41,190 nt of DNA. Source: Proteromonas lacertae (lineage: Eukaryota). The DNA is taken from positions 62,001 through 103,190 of the forward strand of contig NGBS01000892.1 in assembly GCA_002245135.1 (NCBI GenBank), read 5' to 3'. Below, one piece after another: positions 27,547-40,233 of the stretch. The notes under the pieces are model-generated. The model saw only the letters and a list, made by a program, of their open reading frames with translations, was not told where the DNA came from and did not search any database. The translations under genes and the position numbers were made by a program. Numbering within the stretch: position 1 is the first letter of the stretch; each line of letters starts with the position of its first letter.

Positions 27547-27832
27547 TTCAAAATAATTTAAAACGATATGGATTTAAAAACCAAAATTTAATGATTACAC
27601 TTACCACAGCAACATGAAACAAGCCAAGCTCATTCTATTTATGTAATTTTTGCTTGCTTATACTCATCAAAATGTGTTTTTTATACTTTCATTGATAAAT
27701 AAAAGATGATTTCTATGTGATAGAAACAATAGAATGAAATTAAGATTGAAACGACATAAACGTAGAAACTTTTATTTCTACGTTAAAGAAAACTTCAGAA
27801 AACATAGAAAGAGAGTGAAACATTAGCGCATA

Positions 27833-28854
27833 ATGGAAGATACAGAAATTAAAACTATTTTAAGCAATAATGGCGTTGTATAATACATTAGATATCTATT
27901 TTTTGTAGTTATTAGAAGAGAAAATGAAAAACGGCAGTCCTTTGAGAGTAAAGAGAGTTGGTAGCAATGACAGTGGTGGAACAAGTCCAAATAGTGCAAA
28001 TAATAGAGTTAAAGAAGAAGAAATTCCAGATGATTTGAGTATTTTATTTCTTTCTATTATATAATAGAAAAGAGGATTGATGAAGTTGTTGATAGATGTG
28101 TAAAGGATGATAAGAATGACATGAATTTATGGAAATGTAGATTTTATATATTATGTTGTTTTTATAGATCATATGGGTGATATTGGTATGAAATATTTTT
28201 GCATAAGATTAGAACAACAACAGAAACAAATAAGTCATGTAAAAGATATAGATTTACAGAGTATAATGATAAATTTATCTTTAATTAGCAAACAACTTGA
28301 CTTCAAATGGTATTAATACATTTTGTAGTATCCTTCAATTATTTCCAAATCTAGAAAGGCTTGAAATTGGAATAAATCCAATTGAAGTTAAAGGAATTAA
28401 AATTCTATCTGATAATCTTCATTTAATCCCAAAATTACAGAAATTAGGATTGGGTGGTTGTAATTTAGGAGATGATGGAATAGAACAATTAAGTCTTCAT
28501 TTAAAAGATATTTCTCAATTAGAGTTATTGAATATACAAAACAACAGTATTACTGATAAAGGAGTAGAAGTATTTTGTAAATATATTGAAAATATTCCCA
28601 AATTATATGAATTATCTCTTCAAGAGAATGAATTAAGTAATAATGGAATTGAATTGCTATCTGACAGTATAATGAAATGTGAAGAATTGCAAATATTATC
28701 TTATTATGATAATCAGATGAATAATGGAGAAGATATGAGAAGAAAAATAATTAACAATCATCCCAACAAAGAGATGTGTATTTATGTATATGAAGATGAA
28801 ATTCATGCAGAATTGGATAAAATGGTGGATGATACATTAAGAAGTCTGGAATAA
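27833..28854 (+). CDS. Leucine-rich repeat protein (ribonuclease-inhibitor-like class)
   Basis: 28-residue repeats LxxLxLxxNxIxDxG. Four 5' introns splice in frame. Confidence 0.85.
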
Positions 28855-28926
28855 TACATGTTATGATAATAATTACTCGTTTTTAATACATTTGTTTAAT
28901 AAAAGAATTGTTTTGTTAAAAATGAT

Positions 28927-30014
28927 TTAAAAATTATCAATTCTGAATATTACATTCTCTCTATTATCATTAATAATCTCAATATCTTCGTTACTCATTC
29001 CATCATCTAATATTTTATACATCCAACAATCATCAAATTCTTCTTCAACTCTATAATTCATTTTGCCATTTTCTTCTTCTTCTTCTTCTTTACTAATTCC
29101 ACACATTTTGCACAATATTTCTGGAACTTTATAAGTTACTTTTTTACTGTTTAGAATACCTAATTTCACACTATTTTCATATAACAATCCCAATAAAATA
29201 CCTTTCAATTCATCTTTACTTTTACTCTCGTTGTTTAATAATAATAATTTAATCATCACTTCTATTTCACTTTCACTTTCTTTATTAACCATCATTGCAA
29301 TACTTCCTTTTATTATATCACCTTCTCTATAACTAAATATTTTGCTTTCTCTCTTTTCATTCATTTCTGTTAATTCACTTTTTAACCACTTGTCATAATA
29401 ACCATTATTTTCATAATCCATTGTTAATTTATAGAATTTTCTGTTTTCAATATGCATTTTCATTAATTGATCTTTATAATCATCAATACTAATCTCTTCA
29501 AATCTTCCTTTTAAATCATTCATATCATTCTTTAACATATTTAAATTATCATATGTTAGATTGTAATTGCACAACCTCATATTTTTATAACCAAAATTTT
29601 CATAATGTTTTTGATACTTTACAATTGATGCATGTAACATACCCAATGCATAATGTTGTTCCTTCATATACTTAAAACAATAATCAAGTAATTGACTACT
29701 GTAATGCTTACAACGATTTGATTTTTCTGTAACTACATCACCTATACCACCAACAATGTATATTTTTTCTCCTACTCTTAAATTCACTTCAAATATTGTT
29801 ATTGAACTCACTATCTTCCCTTCACTTTTCATTATCTAAATAATAATAATAATAATGTATAACAATGTATAAATACAAAATGCTTACACTTGGAATTTTG
29901 ATAATGACGATAAAATTTCTCTTTTGTTGGTGGTTTAGCTTTTTCATTGAAGCATTCACTAGTCATTGCACACAAATCCCATATTTCATTCTCGTTTAGT
30001 TCTTCTATATTCAT
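28927..30014 (-). CDS. GNAT-family N-acetyltransferase (Eis-like N-terminal domain)
   Basis: VGGIGDVVTEKSNRCKHYSSQLL (motif A) and HYENFGY (motif B). One intron joins ORFs 29832-30014 and 28927-29832. Confidence 0.8.
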
Positions 30015-30093
30015 CTATGCAGTTTATTTTTCTATTTTAGTAAAATACAGTGTATTTTCTAAATACTTTTTCTCTGTATTTCTTTTTTTAAAA
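30015..30093. promoter_or_regulatory. 79-bp divergent intergenic spacer (probable bidirectional promoter)
   Basis: Lies between the GNAT ATG (30014, minus) and the likely DyP ATG (30094, plus). Confidence 0.55.
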
Positions 30094-31200
30094 ATGCCAC
30101 AATACGTCACTATCCTTATAATAATTGTAGCTGTATCAATTTCTGTAGTAGCTATGATATATGCAAGTGGTTTATTTGGTTCAAGCTACACGCAGTCAGT
30201 TCCTGTATCTTCCCAATCCTCTTCAAGTTCTTCTTCCACTTCAACTTCAGCAACAGTTGCTCCAACTCAAGCAAATGTTGCACAAAGTACTACTAGTGGA
30301 AATACTCCTCAAAGCTGTATTTTACCTGAAACCTCGAAATCTGCATTTTTTGGAGTTTATCAAGTTGTTTATGATGTAACAACCGCTGATGGTAAAACAA
30401 AATTGGTTGAATTCGGTAAAAAGTTCACTTCAGTAATGAAGGAAAATAATGTGAATGGTTGTATAAGTTACAGTAATAAATTATGGAAGTATTTAATAGA
30501 AAATAATAAAAATGGCTTATTAGATACAGCAGGTGAAATAATAGACTTCCCAGGCTATAATACAGGAACAAATCTTCAATATGACATGTACATTCATATC
30601 CACAGTGAAAACGAAGAAAATGTAAAAAAAGTTAAAGAATTATTCACAACAGAAATATCAAAATTCAATCCATTTATCAATCAAAATAATAAAGATGAAA
30701 AAGATGGTTATGTATATAATGGAGGAAGAGATTTAACAGGTTTTATCGATGGAACAAATAATCCACATGGTGATAAGAATCGTACAGATGCTGCAATTAA
30801 TACTGATGGAAGTTCCTATACAATGGTACAAAGATATATTCACGATCTGGCCAAATGGCAACAAGTGGATGTAAAGAATCAAGAGATGGTGATTGGTAGA
30901 ACAAAAGATAATTCAACTGAATTAAATCCATTACCTCCAGATAGTCATGTTCATCAAGCTGATCAAGGAACTTCATTATTTATTGTAAGACAAAGCTTCC
31001 CATATGGTAAAGACAGTGATAATGAGAAAGGATTATGGTTTACTGCTTATTGTAAGACAATCAAGACATTTGATACTTTATTAAAGAGAATTAATGGAAT
31101 GGGAGATGATAAAGTGAAAGATAAGTTGATGAGTTATACCAAACCTGTTACTGGTTCTTATTTCTTTGTTCCTAGTGTTGAGATGCTTACTAAATTGTAA
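30094..31200 (+). CDS. Dye-decolourising (DyP-type) peroxidase with N-terminal membrane anchor and Ser/Thr stalk
   Basis: Contains RDLTGFIDGTNNP (GXXDG), QRYIHDL, QEMVIGRTK, DSHV (proximal His), IVRQSFPYG (distal Arg) and TGSYFFVPS. Likely start is ATG 30094 (MPQYVTILIIIVAV...). No introns. Confidence 0.92.
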   Translation: MPQYVTILIIIVAVSISVVAMIYASGLFGSSYTQSVPVSSQSSSSSSSTSTSATVAPTQANVAQSTTSGNTPQSCILPETSKSAFFGVYQVVYDVTTADGKTKLVEFGKKFTSVMKENNVNGCISYSNKLWKYLIENNKNGLLDTAGEIIDFPGYNTGTNLQYDMYIHIHSENEENVKKVKELFTTEISKFNPFINQNNKDEKDGYVYNGGRDLTGFIDGTNNPHGDKNRTDAAINTDGSSYTMVQRYIHDLAKWQQVDVKNQEMVIGRTKDNSTELNPLPPDSHVHQADQGTSLFIVRQSFPYGKDSDNEKGLWFTAYCKTIKTFDTLLKRINGMGDDKVKDKLMSYTKPVTGSYFFVPSVEMLTKL

Positions 31201-31339
31201 AATAATATAAAGATTTATTAATTAAAAGGTAAATGATAAAAATTCTTGATTTATTCATAATTCATTTACTATCATAAAAACTAATATACAATATTAAAAA
31301 ATTAAATTATAAAAATAAAAAAAAATAAATCATTTCTAT

Positions 31340-32619
31340 TTACTTCAAATTCTTCTTCCCAACTTCATAACTATCATCATTATTATGTAAATAACTAAAC
31401 AATGCTAATAAATCAGCAGGACCTGCTTTATGCCAAGCAGTTCTATTATTTAAAAACAATCTATTCCATTTATTAGGTAATTTATTAATAGGTCTAGCCA
31501 TTCTTTTCAATGTTATATTCCTCTTAGCAGCGACTAATCCAAAATATACATCTTCAATATATAAAGGATGAATTGTAAATGAAGCATTCACAATCTATTA
31601 ATAATAATAATAAACAAATATAAATTCATACAACTTTCAACACATCCATAGGATGGACATAAAAACAACCACTCAAATAAGGATGATATCTTTTCCCTTG
31701 ATATAATTCTTCAAATATTGAGTTCTTATGATAAGGATTACGTATTACTTTACCATGAGGGATTGGTCTACCAATTGAAGTCATTTTCAATGGAGGCTCA
31801 TCAATAGGAACCATTTCTTCTCTAATTATTTTCTCTAAGTTGATATATAAATCAGCATCAGATTTAAAGAAATATTTTATTTTTGGACAATTATAAATCG
31901 TCCAATTATATGATAAGATTATTCCAATGGTTATATTTAAATAGGTATTTTTGTAGTTAAATTGTACAATGTCGTGGTATTTGTTATTTTCCATTTCCAA
32001 CAGTTTTTGCTCAGTTTCATTACCATAATTAACTCCCATAAAAAACATTGTTTTTATACGATATCCTTCTATTACTTTCATTGTACCCCAAGTATGTCGC
32101 AATGCCACTCGGTATGCAAACTGTTGAGGACCAATATGAATGCCATTAAGGATATCTGGTGAATCGGCACAAAAATCTGGTGAATCAAACAGTAGATTGT
32201 TGTAATTTTCATCTGGATATAGTATCAGCTGGTCAGATAATTTATAAGGTTTACGCATATAATACTCAGAACGAACTTGTTTGCCTTCATAACAATCTCT
32301 TGCTGTTGTAGGATGTTGAATGGCACATTCTACAATTTCTTTGCTTTTCGAAATTATTGACTCTTTTATTCCATTCTCTAATCTATCATATTCATTATTT
32401 GAGAATTGATTGATTATAGTATGTCTAATAAATACAAATTTTTATATATAAATATCTATACATCTGATAAAATGGTTTAGTGATGTTACTTAAGGAATTA
32501 TCAGCAATTTTTCTTGGAATATTCGTTACTACTGTGAAATTCAGTAGATTTCTATAAAATGAAAAGAAATATAACAAAATGGCAAGTAAAAATCCTAGTT
32601 TAAGCTTTTTGTGAGTCAT
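31340..32619 (-). CDS. Beta-1,3-galactosyltransferase-like protein (GT31)
   Basis: Type II N-terminal TM. Motifs RVALRHTWG, DIVQFNYKNTYLNIT, FFKSDADLYIN, YHPYLSGCFY and IEDVYFG. Two introns. Confidence 0.9.
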
Positions 32620-33023
32620 TTCAAAAACAGTAACGGATATTATTATTTAAATTCAAAATTTGGTTTTTATGTGATGTAATCTTTTTTAAATATGTTTAAT
32701 AGGTAAGTTTATGTGTTACTATACTATTCACATAATTAGAAAAAGAGAAACACAGATTAATGAAATTCTTCTAGTATTTCTTTAATCAAATATATGTTAT
32801 TGTAGTGACAATAAAATTCATACAATGGTTAAAATATTATAACAATTGCTTTAATTATTTATTTGTGTTATTTGGAACAAAAAATATTGAATACTTTGTA
32901 TTTCAATAAACATATTCATATACAATGCATCAAATCAATAAATACTAACTATATAATGAGAAAATCACAAAATAATAACAATACACTTAATACAGTTGTG
33001 TATTACAAGTGTATTAAAAAATA

Positions 33024-34491
33024 ATGTTCCGATTTCAATATAGAGGTGTTATTAAAGCTGTTAGTAGATATGTATCATCTAAAAATGCGCTATTTAAACC
33101 ATATTCAATGTTCATAAAGCCAAATTTACAGACTTCTTTCAGAAATCCACTTTTATTTCAATATTTTAATCAATTTTCAACAGATCAATTTCCATCAAAA
33201 ATAATACCACCAAGTGAAGAATCTTTAAAACCAAATCCAGATAAAGTAGAATCTTTACTCAACAAACTAAAAGAGTTAGGAATAAATGATGCTGGTAAAG
33301 AACGAGAAATTGAAAATGCTGCAAAAAGAGGAGAGCTTAATGAAATATATGAAATTTCAAAAATAATGAAGAAAGATGAAAGTACTCTAGAATTCAGTAT
33401 ATTCTGTCTAATGATCGCCGGTATAAAATACATAAATATATAATCAAAATAGCCAAAGCTGGTCACATAGAAGCAGAATTCGCAATTGGACATATGTATA
33501 GTCAAAAGTTAATATTAGCAAATGAAAAAGATAAAGCAAGAGAAACTTACAAAAAGAAAGCAATAGATACATTAAAACTAGCAGTAAATCATGGTTCAAT
33601 AAAAGCACTAGTTCAATTGGGTAACATATATACTTATTGTGGAGAAATAACCAATGCAATTAGTTGTTATGAAAAAGCCATTGAATGTAAAGATGTTAAT
33701 AATAATAATAATAGACATGTCAGTGATGCATTCTATAATTTAGCGATGTTATATTGTGGTGGGATTGGTGGATGTCCAGTTGATGTGAATAAAGCAAAAT
33801 CGTATTTACTATCAGCTTGTAAAATGAGTATTTTATCTTATTTTTTTATTTTATTATATTAATAGATGATGCTTCAGCCTTATATTTCTTAGGTCAAAGT
33901 TATTTAGTTGGTTGTAAAGAAATGGATATTGAAAAAGATGTGTTAAAAGCGATTGAATATTTAAAAGCATCAGCAGAACAGAATAATGGTGATGCTTTGA
34001 CAAGCCTTGGACAAATATTCAGATATGGAGAAGGCTCAATTCCAATCGATAAAAAGATGATGAAAGTGTGTTATGAAAATGCCATAAAATGTGGTAGTGG
34101 AAGAAGTGCTTTTATTTTGGCAGATATTTATTTCAATGGTAGTGATGGTTTTGAAAAAAATTATGTTCAAGCTTTGAAATTGTATAATCAAGCTGCAGAT
34201 TTGGGATTTACTGAAGGATGGTATTGTAGTGGTGTGATGTATTACAATGGATATGGTTGTGAAAAGGATTATAAAGTAGCATTTGATTGTTATAAGAAAG
34301 CTGCTGAAGATGGTAATTTAGAGGCGTTGAAAAATGTATATTAATAATTATTTTATATATTTGGATAGATGGCGAGTATGTATTACTTAGGAGAGGGAGT
34401 TGAGAAAGATATTGCATCAGCTAAATCATTATTGAAATTTGTGGAGAAAGAAGAAGCTAAAAGAAAGAATAATCCAAAAGAAGAGGAATAA
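33024..34491 (+). CDS. Sel1-like repeat protein, possible mitochondrial/MRO presequence
   Basis: Repeats such as ALTSLGQIFRYGEGSIPIDKK and GVMYYNGYGCEKDYKVAFDCYKKAA. The N-terminus is Arg/Ser/Phe-rich and lacks acidic residues. Several short introns. Confidence 0.88.
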
Positions 34492-34660
34492 GTGATTTGT
34501 AATAAAAATATTCTAAATAAATACTCCAGTTTTGTTTTTCTATTTGTTCTCACTATTAATAGCTTATTATTTGTATTGTAGAATGTTTGCACACAATTAG
34601 AAAAAAATAAAAAAATACTATTCGTTACAAAATATCAAAGAATTTGCGTTTTTTAATTTG

Positions 34661-35836
34661 ATGGGTATTTGTTCTTCCCATGCCTTTGAGAATGATTTAA
34701 GTAATATGCTACAGGAACATATAAATGTTGATAAAGAAAAACAGAAGAAAATAGTGAAACTTCTAATTCTAGGTATTTATTTATTGAATATGATATAGGT
34801 CCTGGTGATTCAGGAAAGAGTACTATTAGAAAACAATTTCAGATTATCCATTGTAAAGGATTTAGTGATGCTGACAGAATTGCAGTATATTCATGTTTAT
34901 AATATTTGTAGTATCGATCAATAATTCACTCTAACATAATCCAAAGTTTACAAGCTTTAATTCGAGGTACAAGAGATCTTCCTTTTATCAAACAGCCAAT
35001 ATTACCAGAAAACGCTGTATTTATTATTTTATTATTATAATCAATAGGAAGCTGTAAGTTATATATTAAACTGTAATAAAGTCACAATAATTAACAAAGA
35101 AGATGTAGAACTATTTACTGAACTATGGAATGATCCAGCAATACAAGCAGCACTACAATATGAGAATTTATTACAATTAGAAGGCTGCATTCAATATTAT
35201 ATGAAGGATCTGGAAAGAATAACTGACTTTGATTATGTTCCATCTGATGATGATATTGTACACTGTAGAAAACGAACCGTTGGAGTAGAGAAATTACAGT
35301 TTGTATATGAAGGTGCACAATTCTTAGTAGTAGATGTAGGAGGGCAAAGGAATGAAAGAAGAAAATGGATTAATCACTTCGATAATGTTGATGCGTTATT
35401 ATTTGTAGCTAGTTTATCAGAATATGATCAAGTATTACGAGAAGATCAATCTACAAAGAGATTAGATGAATCACTTAATTTATTCAGAGAAATGTGTAAA
35501 AATCCCGATTTTGCAGAACATGATATGATATTACTACTAAATAAGAAAGATCTATTTATGGAGAAAATAACAAGGAAAAATGACTTGGCGAAATTCTATC
35601 CTGAGTTCAAATGCCCTGAAGGAAAAGATCTTGTGAATAGTGGAAGAGATTTTATATTTGACATGTATAAGAAGATATTTGATGAAGTTAAACACCATAT
35701 AATACGATCAGATGGAAGTGAAGCTAATTTAGTATCATTTACTACTTGTGCAACTTCTACTTCTAGTATACGACAGACATTTGAAGCATGTAATGTACTA
35801 ATTAGAAAGAGAAATTTAAGCTCTTCTGGTTTGTAG
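34661..35836 (+). CDS. Heterotrimeric G-protein alpha subunit
   Basis: MGICSS (myristoyl/palmitoyl motif), KLLILGPGDSGKST, RKRTVG, DVGGQR, NKKD and TCAT. Introns at 34773-34798, 34885-34911 and 35017-35047. Confidence 0.96.
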
Positions 35837-35992
35837 ATTATGTTATTTTATATGTTGTTATTGTTGTAGATAATGTTCATTTAATATTTAATTTTTTCTT
35901 TATAATAATTACTGTTGTTGATTATAAATGCAATGAAATAAACAATTTACAACTGAAAAACAGATGAAAAAAGAAAGAAAGAAAAAAAGCTT

Positions 35993-37425
35993 TTATTCCT
36001 TTTCTTCAACTTCTACATTATTATTATTATTATTATTTTGTTCACTATTCAATGAATTACTAATATCATTTTTATGTTCAACAATCTCATGAATTGTATT
36101 GGTTACATTTTCACATAATTCATTTATTCTATCACTAGCAGTAGTATTTGGTACTGTAGCAGCAGCTGTAGTTGTAGTACTATTTGTATCAGTTTGTATT
36201 TGTACATCATTTCCATTATTCATTCTACAATATTCTAATAACAGATTACTGCAACAATTTGAACTCATTGATATTTCATTCAAACTGCTACTAACTAAAT
36301 TAATCAGATTTCTATCAATAACTACATTAGTTAATAATAGTTCTGATAATTGTAAAAGTGGACTAATTGATTCACTTAATATTAACATTAACTTTTGTAA
36401 TAATTCACCAATCATCTAAATTAAAAAATATATTAAAAAATATTAATATATATAAATATATATACTTCATTTATTGTACGATTATTATTTTCAATATTCA
36501 CAGGACTCTGACGTAAAGAATTGTTTAATGAACTCATTCTTCTTTCAGTATTACTTAATATTTCAAATATATAATTGTAATTACTAGATATTGATGAATT
36601 ATTTAATTGATGGGATGATGATGGTGGTGGAGATTGTTGTTGTTGTTGTTGATTATGATGGTGACGATTATTTGCACTGACTGTTGTAATATGAATAGTT
36701 CGACTACTATTTGTTCTTCTTCTTCTATCATCACCTTCTACATCATTAGATCTACGTCTTCTTACACCATGAGTTGATGATCTTCCTGTTGATGATGTTG
36801 ATGTTCTTCCTGTAGAAGCTGCAGCAGGAGGAGGAGGTTGTTGTTGTTGTGCAGTAGTAGTAGTTGATGATGTTGATGTTGAAGTAGATTGTTGTTGTTG
36901 TTGTTGAAATCTTGTTGGATTAGTGATTGAATGCAAGATTGTATTTAACATATCCATATTTATTCCACTGCCTGAAGAACCTCCTCCATGATTTGGCTCT
37001 TCTAATACCATTGATATAGAGAATGAAGAGGATGAAACTGGCTATTGATAAAGATATAAAAACGTTTGATTATACACTTGTTGTTGAGTGGGTTGATTCT
37101 GAACTTGTTGAATTTGTAGTATCGCTTGTACCATTAGCTGCAGATGATTCTCTGGAAGAATGATGAGATGGGTCCTATGAAAATAACTAATTTCGAAAAA
37201 TACCAAATTTCTTCGTACCATATGTATTACACATCCATCACTAATACCATAATCAGAGAGTAATGAACCGGGCTGCATAAGTTGCCCTCTAAAAATTAGT
37301 CTTTGTTGATTAGTTGGCATATTACACTTTTCAGCAATTGCCTTCGATAAAGTGTCAATTGACGCATTATCTGGCACTTCTAAATTTACATCATCTTGAT
37401 CTAATATTCTTATTTTAAGTTTCAT
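35993..37425 (-). CDS. Ubiquitin-like-domain protein (BAG6/ubiquilin-like N-terminus) with low-complexity Q/S/T region
   Basis: QQRLIFRGQLM...LSDYGISDGCVIHMVRR. Three introns join the ORFs in frame. Confidence 0.8.
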
Positions 37426-37648
37426 TATTTTAGCTCGTTTATCTCAAGCTTACTTCTTTTTCAAAATAGTTTTTAAAAACACAAAAAGACAAATATAATA
37501 TAGAAATATACTGTTAATAATATACAATTAAATAACTACATATTTGCTGATTGTATAAATAGTTTTTTAATGATTTAAATTTCTGTTGGATGTTTTGTGG
37601 TGGTTGTATCATACAAAGAAGTAAAGGATCTATCTTTCCGGTTTCCTC

Positions 37649-39033
37649 TCAGTTATTGCAGGTGATTGTAAAAGATGAGTGAAATTTGAATGAGTTTTTA
37701 GCTCTTGGTCTACAATTGTTTATAAGCTTTGCTTCAAGACTAGTTCGTCTTGAAGCTGGATTAGAATGTATAAAATTAGTATCAATTGGAGATAATTCTG
37801 CATTTCTTCCAATACGACTATATCTGCCATGTAATTTAAGGATAGGGATCTTTGGGCTGTTTTCAACTTTGTTACTGTTATCTATTAATGATAAATTTGA
37901 AAAGGTTAATTCTATTGGTGAATGTGAAAAATTCTTTCTATTATCATTTCTATAATTTATAAAGAATTGATCAACTGAATAGAACTCTTCATAAGGACAA
38001 AATGTTCTAAATAATCTTACAGGAAATGGTTCTGCATGAAGATCAAAATTTGGTTTATATCTTTTTATACAAATAAACAATATATTGTTATATGTTATTT
38101 CAGAATCAAAACAATCATAATCATATTTATCAGGATGGGGAATTGATTTTATTAGATTCTTTATAGATGTTTTACATGGTAATGGCCTATATTTACATTT
38201 ATGAAGTGTTTGATATTCGTGTATATCACCTATATGTTTCTTTCTATTGAATATTGAATAATAAATATCAGTCTCTTTAAATATTAATTCAATTAACTTC
38301 TTTCTGATTTTAAATAAATTCTCCCAACATGACCACGTCTTTGTTACTAAGGAATAGAACTGTGCAAAAGTAATGATGCCGTCTTTATTACTATACATAA
38401 GAATAAACATCAAGAAAATGATTATTATACATATCATATTGATTAAACACACTTTTAATAATAATTTCATTTTTACTTCTGCTATGTAGCAATGTTTGTA
38501 AGCTCAAAATATCTTCCTATAAACATTTTATTATACATATTGAATAAATACTAGAGAAATTTCATACCTTGAATCAGAATTAATGTGTAAAACAACTATA
38601 ACATTATATAATATTCCCTGATATACAATAAAAAAGAGCTGGAGTTGGACTAAAACACACAATGATCACAAAACAAAAGAATGTATTCCAGTCACTTAAG
38701 CAGTTGTCTACATTTTAAATCTAACAATATTTATACTGTTTCTCCTAAAAAATAATTCATATAATTGGTATGTTCTTGTGTGTAATAACTGAGATAGTCC
38801 TTTTTCAAAAGATTCTTTATTACTACTTTTTAAATGTAGATTAACAAATACCATATTAGCTGCTTATGTATCTTTTGATCATTATTATTTCTTCATTATT
38901 CATATATTAGAATGTTACTTTTCAAAATCATACTAAAGAAATATTTTGCACAAAGTCTAGATGACTTGTTCAAACCATTAACATCTCTATCTGGTTGAAG
39001 GATATTCTCATCATTACATGTATTGATGCTCAT
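37649..39033 (-). CDS. EF-hand protein (paralog 2); 5' exons do not splice cleanly
   Basis: Spliced reading gives SDWNTFFCFVIIVCFSPT...VFNQYDINKDGIITFAQFYSLVTKTW, with a recognisable EF-hand loop. A missing AG acceptor and a frame break occur near 38870-38905. Confidence 0.6.
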
Positions 39034-40233
39034 TTAAAAAAAATAACCAACATAAAAGACTTGGCTTGAGCAGTTTTGAACTTTATTAAATATTCTTCCT
39101 TCAGCAGTGTATTTATCGTCATCATAATCCTATACATTGTAGTAAGTACATTATTTTCGACTTGTGAGTATATCTGAATAGCTTAGTCTCGAAGAATGGA
39201 TGAAAGATGCGATAGAGATACATTGTTTGATAATAAATACAATAATAATGTTATAGAACAATTTAAAATTTGGGAATTAACAAACATTTTAAAATAAGAG
39301 AGTATATCATTTCTTGGAGGAAATATAGAATGATTAGTTTAAATAGTATTGGAAATATAAAGAATGATTGTTTGCTAGAAAAGAAATCAAATTAGAATTT
39401 CTATCAAAAGAAATGGTAAAGAAAGAGATTGAAATATTAAAATTTGTGAGTGCCACTATACACTATAAAAAATAATTCGCATTGAATTTTATTTTGCAAA
39501 TAGGATTACAATACTTGGCTCAGATCTGGTTTGTCAATATTTGACTTTTATACCTTTTTCTTTTGTTTTTTTCATTATGTTAGAGATTAAATTAAGATAA
39601 GATTTTTTGTATATCTAGTGATCTCATATTCTGCTTTACATATAGCTATAAAACAAAGAATTCTATTTTTTGATGTATTTTTGAATGAAGTGAAATATAA
39701 ATACTAACTATATAAACTTGAAGTACAGTACATACTAAGTTAAATTATACCATAAAATAAAAGCTGCACTTGCAGTCTAAAAAAATATGAACAAATTTCT
39801 CAAGTCCTTAAATTTTTACTATTTTATATATATATTTCTAAACAACAAACAAAATTAAAGGTATGGTAATATTTTTATCGCTTAACCATCATATAACTTA
39901 GAATGGATTTTGAGAAGTGGTAAATAATTTTATTAAACTTATAATATTAATTGGTCTAAGCCAATACAATATAGTGAATCTGTTATATATGCTGTGTATG
40001 TGTATTATAATAAATATGTTCAAATACTGAATAAGCATCTATATTACAACTATTTATATGTTATATCTACTTTACATAGTTTAATTTATACAAAATAACG
40101 AGTGAATAGATTGAACTAATTGAGTAAATTGAAAAAAATAAATCGGGTAAAATTTATTCTTTACATTGTCAATGTAATAACAAACGTAATTGAATTTATT
40201 TAATTGATATTTTGATTAGTATTTTACTAAGAT

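Noticed and set aside
29947..30093. 49-aa N-terminal extension of the DyP ORF
   Set aside because: It starts at TTG and overlaps the GNAT start on the opposite strand. ATG 30094 is the more plausible start.
12377..37649. Blastocystis-type stop codons created by polyadenylation (TGTTTGTT motif)
   Set aside because: The genes traced have genomic stops, and only degenerate TG-rich tracts were seen downstream. This cannot be supported without transcripts.
39040..40230. Possible small gene or ncRNA in the long AT-rich gap
   Set aside because: Coding-like fragments near 39040-39225 could not be spliced into one consistent model, and no recognisable RNA structure was found.
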